The notes under the pieces are model-generated. The model was not told the origin of the DNA. It made no database searches and saw nothing but the letters and a program-made list of their open reading frames with translations. Of a stretch of DNA of 34,694 nt, positions 28,519 through 34,694 are shown piece by piece. Made by a program: the position numbers and the translations under genes. This stretch comes from Pseudomonadota bacterium (GTDB lineage: Bacteria > UBA10199 > 2-02-FULL-44-16 > JBDRGF01). Location: assembly GCA_043818055.1 (NCBI GenBank), contig JBDRGF010000162.1, positions 1-34,694 of the forward strand, given 5' to 3'. How positions within the stretch are numbered: the first letter of the stretch is position 1; every line of letters begins with the position of its first letter.

Positions 28519-28938
28519 ATGGTTAAAGATACAAAATATGAATTAGGAAAAGATGCTCTCTCTTACTGTGGAAAATGCAAGATGCCTTTGGCCCATACAA
28601 TTACCAAGTTAACTGCCAAGGGTGGTGTCGATCGTTGCGAATGCAATACCTGTAAGACATCTCACAAATATAGAGATCCAGATAAACCCGTAAAAGCCAA
28701 GGGTTCAACTAAGAGAGCCACAAAAGCGACAATTTCCAATGAGGCAACCTGGAATGAAGCCATTTCGAAGGCAAAGGGATCTTTTAAATTATACGAAATG
28801 TCCGCCAAGTTTGCTGCTGGGGATCTTATGGAACACTCTATGTTTGGCAAGGGTGTCGTAAAAGAGCTTATCGGATATAATAAACTCATAGTTATCTTCG
28901 AAAAATCCGAAAAGCTTTTAGTCCACAATCGTGAGTAA
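28519..28938 (+). CDS. Conserved hypothetical protein with a zinc ribbon and a Tudor-like C-terminus
   Basis: CGKC...H...CNTC..H and HSMFGKGVV; AAGGAGG RBS. Confidence 0.75.
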   Translation: MVKDTKYELGKDALSYCGKCKMPLAHTITKLTAKGGVDRCECNTCKTSHKYRDPDKPVKAKGSTKRATKATISNEATWNEAISKAKGSFKLYEMSAKFAAGDLMEHSMFGKGVVKELIGYNKLIVIFEKSEKLLVHNRE

Positions 28939-29006
28939 TTTTTGGTGCTGATCACCCATATATAATCTAATTTCCAAATTCATCAGATAATCTTCATATA
29001 AACTAA

Positions 29007-29145
29007 TAATAATTAACGCTGTGTTCGAGTTTTTTTCGTAACATATTGATTTTTGTAGGGGCGAACCCATGTGTTCGCCCGCAATCTTTTCGGGCAGACA
29101 CGCGGGTCTGCCCCTACAAAAATTAGCACACAGCGTTAATTATTA
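29007..29145. mobile_element. MITE-like element with perfect 18-bp IRs around a GTAG-REP doublet
   Basis: TAATAATTAACGCTGTGT ... ACACAGCGTTAATTATTA; inner REP at 29054-29118. Confidence 0.75.
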
Positions 29146-29148
29146 AGC

Positions 29149-30381
29149 CTATGTTTCAGAGAGGCAGCTTGTCGTTGTCGTCGGGGTCAGCGCGGATGAA
29201 AAATCTATGGAGTTGGCACTCTCACCATCGATTACTTTGAGCGTGTAATTGTCATCCTGATTGAGAGTTGCAACATCCGCTCCGAATGAAGTCACACAAT
29301 CGACTAGCGGCACATACTTCGACGTCACTACACTTGTGCCGATCTCAACACAGCGATTAGAATCAGGGCTGTTTTTTATGCCTGCGACATCTGCGGGTGT
29401 ATTTGGAAAAATATTTGCAGACCAGGATTGATACCAGAGGTGGCTTCCGTTTGATCTCATCCGCTCAATGTATTTGTTGGGATCCTGCACGCGCACCTGT
29501 ATCGCTTCAAATTCAGCGGGAATAGCCGAAAGCGTGCCGGTGTATGCGGCGATGTTCACACCACTCCCCTCGCCCCGACCTGAATAATAAGCGGGAGACC
29601 CGGTGCCGATGAACAGAAATTCGTCGTTAGCAACATCCTTGATACCTGTATAAAGCCAGTTCGAATCGAGCGATAAAAAATACTGCTCATTTCCAGCAGC
29701 ACCATCGTTTACAGTCCACCACATACCGCCAGTTCCACTCGAATAGTAACTCGAAAAATTCACAGTCTCGGGAATACCCCATGAGGCGTACCACGGAATT
29801 GCAGAAGAAATATTGACATCCCCACCCTGCACAGTTTTGCATTCAGCGATATTCGTGATCTGACCTACCATCGAATCGAAGAAACAGGGATCGACGCCAA
29901 AATTTACATACCTGCCGGCCGTTGTTGAAGTCGTCGCACATGCTGTGGGATTGGCCAGCATCGTGGGCTTGATAAACTTGGTCGTTCCGACTGAGCCTGT
30001 ATTACAATCCGCACAGTCGAAACAGGTGCCATCATCCAAAAAGGCGGTCGTGCATTCACTGTTGTAATCGAGGCCCCACAATCTCATGAGGATTTCCCCG
30101 GTGGAGCTATCTCCACCGCCCGTTGCCGTGATATTTGGGCAACCTGTATAGTCCGCAGCGCAGGTTCCGGAGAGCGTCTTTCCAAAGATCACCGCGAGAC
30201 TTCCATTTACACCGCCGGTCTTGAGGCCCGCAGGGATCGCATCGTTAAGGTCTTTGCCAAAGGTGGCGTAGACAGCTGCATCTGTGTTTGAAGAGCTGGA
30301 ACTGCTTGAACCGCATCCAGGAAAAAACGAGATCGTGACCAGGACAAACAACAACTCAAAAATTCGTACTTTTTTCCTCAT
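29149..30381 (-). CDS. Cys-rich lipoprotein of unknown function
   Basis: Lipobox-like PGC, Ser linker, G-run RBS; 410 aa. Confidence 0.75.
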   Translation of the reverse strand: MRKKVRIFELLFVLVTISFFPGCGSSSSSSSNTDAAVYATFGKDLNDAIPAGLKTGGVNGSLAVIFGKTLSGTCAADYTGCPNITATGGGDSSTGEILMRLWGLDYNSECTTAFLDDGTCFDCADCNTGSVGTTKFIKPTMLANPTACATTSTTAGRYVNFGVDPCFFDSMVGQITNIAECKTVQGGDVNISSAIPWYASWGIPETVNFSSYYSSGTGGMWWTVNDGAAGNEQYFLSLDSNWLYTGIKDVANDEFLFIGTGSPAYYSGRGEGSGVNIAAYTGTLSAIPAEFEAIQVRVQDPNKYIERMRSNGSHLWYQSWSANIFPNTPADVAGIKNSPDSNRCVEIGTSVVTSKYVPLVDCVTSFGADVATLNQDDNYTLKVIDGESANSIDFSSALTPTTTTSCLSET

Positions 30382-30449
30382 ATCCCCCCCTTTTTTTGAT
30401 ATTTGGAAAATATCAATTCAGGGCTACTCTGTCGAGCTAATATTTCTGG

Positions 30450-30567
30450 AGGTTGTCCGAAAATATCATGTTTTGCTTTTTGTAGGGGCAGCCCCCTGTG
30501 GCTGCCCGGGTTTTAACGGGTCGGCACAGGGGGCAGCCCCCTACATTAATACATTTTCGGATAGCCT
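30450..30567. mobile_element. MITE-like element (AGGTTGTCCGAAAAT/ATTTTCGGATAGCCT) around a GTAG-REP doublet
   Basis: IR matches at 13 of 15 positions; inner REP at 30481-30545. Confidence 0.7.
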
Positions 30568-30629
30568 TTGATCATGTTTGACGGGAATGGAAAAAGGGAA
30601 TAATCATGATATCCCATTAAAGGAGCGTT

Positions 30630-31586
30630 ATGACGAAAGATAAATTCACAAAGTATCCGCATATGAAGAACCTCGACGAGATGACGAGCATTTATAATCT
30701 CGACGAAGTCATAGTCACTGAGAAGGTGCACGGCAGTTCGATGAGGATCGGCATGATCGATGGGGCATTGAGAATCGGAGGCAGGCGCTTAGAGTTTACA
30801 AATATCAGTCCTGAATCAAAAGATGGACAGGGGTTTGTCTCATGGGTGATCGATACAGGCCTCAATCAGCGCTTGCAGGAAAAGTTCAGCGATCATGATA
30901 TCACCTTCTACGGAGAGTGGTTCGGCAGTGGAACTCCCAAAAGGGGATGGCCAAAGATTCAAAAAGGGATCCGTTACATCGATGGCAACGATTTTCGCGT
31001 CTTCGATGTTAAGCTCGATGGAAAGTATCTCGCTCAGGATGAGGTCGAAAAATATGCGACCATGGTCGGACTCAAAACTTTGCCGGTTCTGTATCGCGGA
31101 AAGCCTGACGAAAAAACATTCTTCTCATTCATTGATACTTTCTCCCGCCTTGGAAAAGAAAACGGCATCGACGATCCGCAGAATACGATCGAAGGCATCG
31201 TCATCAGGCCTGTCGAATTTATGTGGGCAGAGAATCGCGATCCGATGATGGCTAAACTAAAAATCGGCAAGTGGGCTGAGAGGGCTTCCATGAGCAAAGG
31301 TCCTAAGACACCCAAAAAGAAGCGGGAGATTATCCCGGGCGCTGAAGAGTTTGCAAAGGAGTTTGTGACCGAGATGCGCCTCGAGCATATTTTGGATCAG
31401 CTGCGCGAGGAAAAGATCGATATCGCACCAACCGCGATGGGAGAGGTGATGAAGCGAATGGGACAGGATATCAAGCGCGAAGGCGAGACAGCTCTCACAG
31501 AAGCTAGCCTCGAATGGAAGGATGTCAGCTCATTTGTAACCAGATTCACGAAGGACATTTTTTTGAAATTTTTGAAATCCTGCTAG
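30630..31586 (+). CDS. Rnl2-family RNA ligase
   Basis: Motif I TEKVHGS, YGEWFG, FRVFDV, IEGIVIRP, AKLK, and C-domain FVTEMRLEHI. Confidence 0.88.
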   Translation: MTKDKFTKYPHMKNLDEMTSIYNLDEVIVTEKVHGSSMRIGMIDGALRIGGRRLEFTNISPESKDGQGFVSWVIDTGLNQRLQEKFSDHDITFYGEWFGSGTPKRGWPKIQKGIRYIDGNDFRVFDVKLDGKYLAQDEVEKYATMVGLKTLPVLYRGKPDEKTFFSFIDTFSRLGKENGIDDPQNTIEGIVIRPVEFMWAENRDPMMAKLKIGKWAERASMSKGPKTPKKKREIIPGAEEFAKEFVTEMRLEHILDQLREEKIDIAPTAMGEVMKRMGQDIKREGETALTEASLEWKDVSSFVTRFTKDIFLKFLKSC

Positions 31587-31607
31587 GCATCTGTCATTTC
31601 CATAGAG

Positions 31608-31704
31608 GAGCTTGTTGCTGATGATATTTTTGTAGGGGCGGTCCCCCGTGACCGCCCTTATAAAAGAGGGCAACCACGGGGGGTTGCCCCTACATTTGAG
31701 TTCG
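31608..31704. mobile_element. Decayed inverted copy of the 10454-10570 MITE
   Basis: GAGCTTGTTGCTGA, REP at 31631-31694, then GTTCG. Confidence 0.65.
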
Positions 31705-31713
31705 TTGATAGGA

Positions 31714-32031
31714 TCACTTCGTAGTAAACTTGAGACCTGCAATACCGCAAAAGATTAGCATTATACACATAAGTCTGAATAAGCTATATGACTCCTGAAA
31801 CAGAATAATGCCACAGATGGCCGTTCCCAGGACCCCTATCCCAGTCCATACCGCATAGACAGTCCCTATCGGCAGGGTCTTTGCCGACAACGACATCAAA
31901 AGAAAGCTGAGCAGCAACGCAAGCATCGTAGGAATAGTCGGTAAGATCTTAGAAAAACCATCCGAATATTTAAAACCTATAGGCCATGCTATTTCCAACA
32001 TGCCTGCTGCTATCAATAAAAACCATGCCAT
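31714..32031 (-). CDS. sugE: SMR family transporter (SugE/Gdx-like)
   Basis: MAW...AGMLEIAW...KYSDGF and LPIGTVYAVWTGIG. Confidence 0.88.
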   Translation of the reverse strand: MAWFLLIAAGMLEIAWPIGFKYSDGFSKILPTIPTMLALLLSFLLMSLSAKTLPIGTVYAVWTGIGVLGTAICGIILFQESYSLFRLMCIMLIFCGIAGLKFTTK

Positions 32032-32077
32032 GATATCACCTCGATTTGTTTATATTTAAGAAACGATGAGACTAATT

Positions 32078-32368
32078 TTATTTCATCTTTCGATTTTTAC
32101 ATATCTCAATGAGTACATTCCAGTCACGATTATTCATATTCTCAAACTTGATTTTAGATTTAAGATCCTCAAATGTCCAACCTTCATCGACCAGCTTTGC
32201 AAAGCCCTCGTCAAAAAATGAGGTACTAGCTATTACAACTCCTGTAAAATCCAGCTCAACGATTTCGTTTTTTTTAGATGCTTCGACAATCATGTTTCTC
32301 AGGCGCTCGCCTGATTGTCTCGTAATCCAATCCCCTTCGAAATCTTTTTTGATATATATTTTTACCAT
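32078..32368 (-). CDS. STAS-like (DUF4325) protein
   Basis: TRQSGERLR...LDFTGV...STSFFDEGF. Confidence 0.85.
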   Translation of the reverse strand: MVKIYIKKDFEGDWITRQSGERLRNMIVEASKKNEIVELDFTGVVIASTSFFDEGFAKLVDEGWTFEDLKSKIKFENMNNRDWNVLIEICKNRKMK

Positions 32369-32370
32369 CT

Positions 32371-33195
32371 TCAATCCTCCAGAGGAAATCTGGCAAAACA
32401 CCATGTGCCGGAAAGTGGGTATTTCAGAATATTTTTTTGCGAACGCCTAGTTGTAAAATATCGTCGAATCTGCGCTCCACGGCTTACAATGGTTAATTTC
32501 CCACCGCTATTCTTTAACAATTCAAAAAAGTAATTAAGCCCAAGCCCTCCTGGTCTCACCCGTCGCGTACTCGAACCTTTTTTAAGTGCCAGATTTAAAT
32601 ATGCAAGATCGTCATCGCATTTGTATTTTTGTTCCAATTTAGCCGGAACAGTAATTCCCATATCCAAAACTCCCACATGAAATTCTTTTCCCCAAATCCC
32701 TGCATACAAATAATATCTTTCCGAAGTTGAATGATCGACACTGTTTTGCATCAATTCATTGATGATCAAAGAAGCATCGTACAGCAACTCCTCTGAACAC
32801 AGCGTTGAAAACTTCCCAAAAATATGCTCAGTAAAAAACGGATATAGCGAGCCCTGCCTACCTCTCAATATCATCATAGTATCTTCATAGTCATGAACTG
32901 AAGGATTTGGAATGCAAGTATATTGCTGAATATTTTTAAAATGTTGGATGGTTGGATAACAGAGCAGCTTTTTAGCAATATGAATATTTGTCACTCGCAT
33001 TTTTTGTTCAGCGAAATTATCAAATAAACATGAGAGAATTGCGAGACCCGCTGGAGAAATGTCCCGAACCTTACTCCAATCGAGTCGAATTTCTTTTCTT
33101 TCGTCCGTATCATTTTTCGATAAATTGATTAAGTTAAGTATATTATCAATACGGCCATCACTTATAATGCTATGTAATATAACTACTTTTTTCAT
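32371..33195 (-). CDS. STAS plus HATPase (anti-sigma-kinase-like) protein
   Basis: LDWSKVRDISPAGL, ELMQNSVDHS, DMGITVP and GGLGL. Confidence 0.85.
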   Translation of the reverse strand: MKKVVILHSIISDGRIDNILNLINLSKNDTDERKEIRLDWSKVRDISPAGLAILSCLFDNFAEQKMRVTNIHIAKKLLCYPTIQHFKNIQQYTCIPNPSVHDYEDTMMILRGRQGSLYPFFTEHIFGKFSTLCSEELLYDASLIINELMQNSVDHSTSERYYLYAGIWGKEFHVGVLDMGITVPAKLEQKYKCDDDLAYLNLALKKGSSTRRVRPGGLGLNYFFELLKNSGGKLTIVSRGAQIRRYFTTRRSQKNILKYPLSGTWCFARFPLED

Positions 33196-33315
33196 GCGAT
33201 CACATATATAGTCGCAAATAGCCACTTTTGCAACCAAATTATATAAAAATATCGATTTATATTATATAATCACTTGATATTATTGATTAAATTTTGCGAC
33301 TATATATACAGTCGC
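33196..33315. promoter_or_regulatory. Two 20-bp palindromic operators 100 bp apart, with an IHF-consensus site between them
   Basis: GCGATC-N8-AGTCGC at 33196 and GCGACT-N8-AGTCGC at 33296. Minus-strand TATCAAGTGATTA at 33267-33279. Promoter TTGCAA-17-TATATA. Confidence 0.6.
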
Positions 33316-33347
33316 TGCTATTAAAACGCTGAACTAATACAAAAAAC

Positions 33348-34106
33348 TCATTTCACCAGGTAATAATCGATAGTCGAAACGACACGAACTTTTTTCTCTA
33401 TCTGAAGGGCATCGGGACTTACTGGATATGGGGAGTCATATGACTGGTAACCAGCGCCAACGTTCTTTGCCTGAATGGAAAACATCCCCTGATTTGCCCT
33501 GCGAATTGGGCCGACCTTGCTCCCGGAATCGAGTGCGAATTGCACAGCTGACTTCCGGGCGTTTTTGGTCGCCTCAGCTATCATGTCCGGCTTGATATCG
33601 TTGAGCTTCGTAAAGAGAAAGACGGGGCCTGAATTATCCGCTAACGCGACTCCCTTTTTCAACAAATCGCCTGTCTTTCCGGAGAGGGTCTTGATCTTCT
33701 GCACATCGTTTGAACGAACGGTTTCCGAAAAGCTGATGATATACCTGCTCTTCTGAGCCTGCTCGGTCCTGTAACGCTCGGACATCAGGTCTGTAACGTT
33801 GTATTGCCCCACCTCCATCTCCTCCGCTGAAATTGCATTTTCAGTGAGAAATGAGATGAGCTGACTTTTATCCCCCTCTATCTTATCCTGAACAGCTGTG
33901 AGATCATCCCCCGTCGCAACAAGCTTGATGTTCCATATCGCAAGATCAGCGACCACTTCCTTCTCAGCTAGACCTTTGACAGTAACATAGCGATCATCCA
34001 TCTTGCTCTTATAAAAACCATCGCCTATGAAATAGCCAGAGCTGAAGATACCAGCACTCAAAAACAAAGCGCTAAAAATGCAAATTATGATCGTCTTAAT
34101 GGTCAT
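33348..34106 (-). CDS. SIMPL (DUF541) domain protein
   Basis: VTVKGLAEKEVVADLA, LNDIKPDMIAEATKNAR, IRRANQG and KKVRVVSTIDY. Confidence 0.92.
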   Translation of the reverse strand: MTIKTIIICIFSALFLSAGIFSSGYFIGDGFYKSKMDDRYVTVKGLAEKEVVADLAIWNIKLVATGDDLTAVQDKIEGDKSQLISFLTENAISAEEMEVGQYNVTDLMSERYRTEQAQKSRYIISFSETVRSNDVQKIKTLSGKTGDLLKKGVALADNSGPVFLFTKLNDIKPDMIAEATKNARKSAVQFALDSGSKVGPIRRANQGMFSIQAKNVGAGYQSYDSPYPVSPDALQIEKKVRVVSTIDYYLVK

Positions 34107-34204
34107 ATTTCCCCCTTTTAGATTTAGTGGTACATCATTATAATAAAATCCTTGGTATTACAATACATTTTGGACTAGGTTAAGGGTTGTAAAGGAGGCT
34201 GATT

Positions 34205-34486
34205 ATGAAATTATTTTCGACAATGTTGTCCTTGTGCCTGCTTCTGATTTTCTCCCTTTCAACAGCTTATGCCGTCAAACCGAAAACAGTCGAAGAGAGA
34301 AAACAGCAGGAACAGATGAATGAAAAGTTTCAGCGCGACCAAAAGGCCCGCGAAGCAAGCTGCACCTACGGCATCAACAAAAGAACCGGCAAATGCTACC
34401 AGCCCAAAGAGGGACAGTTCTACCGCGACCCGAGGACCGGAGATGTTAAAGTTAAAAAGACAACAGATGTCAATCTGCCGTGGTAA
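34205..34486 (+). CDS. Small secreted hypothetical protein
   Basis: AAGGAGG RBS, signal peptide ending AYA. Confidence 0.7.
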   Translation: MKLFSTMLSLCLLLIFSLSTAYAVKPKTVEERKQQEQMNEKFQRDQKAREASCTYGINKRTGKCYQPKEGQFYRDPRTGDVKVKKTTDVNLPW

Positions 34487-34563
34487 AACAATTCGCACTC
34501 AAAAAAGAAATAATTTCAGCTCTGTAAAAAATTCTATAATCGTTTAACTTTTTAGTAGGTTGT

Positions 34564-34694
34564 GTAGAGTAGAAAGGGGCCGCTGTTGATGCGGCGCCCT
34601 TCCCCTCATCGCACCGGACGTGCAGATTTCCCGCATCCGGCGCTCCCAGCTATTTCTCCATGAGCATGCACAAGAGAGCCTCACAAGTACACCA
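34564..34694 (-). mobile_element. Group II intron, 3' end (domains V and VI), truncated by the window edge
   Basis: Minus-strand DV GCGCCGGATGCGGGAAATCTGCACGTCCGGTGC (34643-34611), then GATGAGGGG...CTACTCTAC ending in AC. Confidence 0.93.

Noticed and set aside
4272..31315. Antisense and alternate-frame ORFs (e.g. 4272-4883, 7702-8181, 10904-11374, 30895-31248)
   Set aside because: They shadow well-supported genes.
32032..32077. Guanidine riboswitch upstream of sugE
   Set aside because: Only 46 AT-rich bp, with no ACGR hairpins or ykkC motif.
1..34694. Circular element closed through a single intron
   Set aside because: The two ends do not overlap and give only 254 nt of intron, too short to be complete. 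Two copies is simpler, though a circle cannot be excluded.

Overview
Bacterial chromosomal accessory region; a deltaproteobacterial-type host is a weak guess from gene content. Both window ends fall inside minus-strand group II intron sequence: the intron 5' end (GTGCG) at 123 and domains V-VI plus the 3' end (AC) at 34564. Together the two junctions rebuild a TGT^CATTCTGAG insertion site in a REP-like hairpin. A tRNA-His(GTG) at 1743-1818 is followed by four more copies of its 3' end, three of them with a terminator and a conserved T-arm-like motif. These copies separate cargo genes (alpha/beta hydrolase, GH19 chitinase, truncated cutA, EgtD-like methyltransferase, CDF transporter). From about 8.2 to 17.5 kb a chain of short, interleaved direct repeats, including decayed copies of the 3' end of gene 10646-11386, brackets mostly minus-strand cargo: Bro-N, a DUF6516 TA pair, an AAA ATPase, a PD-(D/E)XK nuclease and an aspartyl-protease/DUF3800 chimera. 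No integrase, transposase or reverse transcriptase is visible. Several intergenic elements are nested: GTAG-REP doublets inside terminal inverted repeats, sometimes inside another REP. The right half carries lipoproteins (degenerate M23, DUF4097, thaumatin-like), LOG, DUF4136-PDZ, a B12 radical SAM enzyme, HDAC/APAH, an AblB-like GNAT, an Rnl2 RNA ligase, an SMR pump, HATPase/STAS and SIMPL genes. All family calls come from motif recognition by eye; no searches were run.
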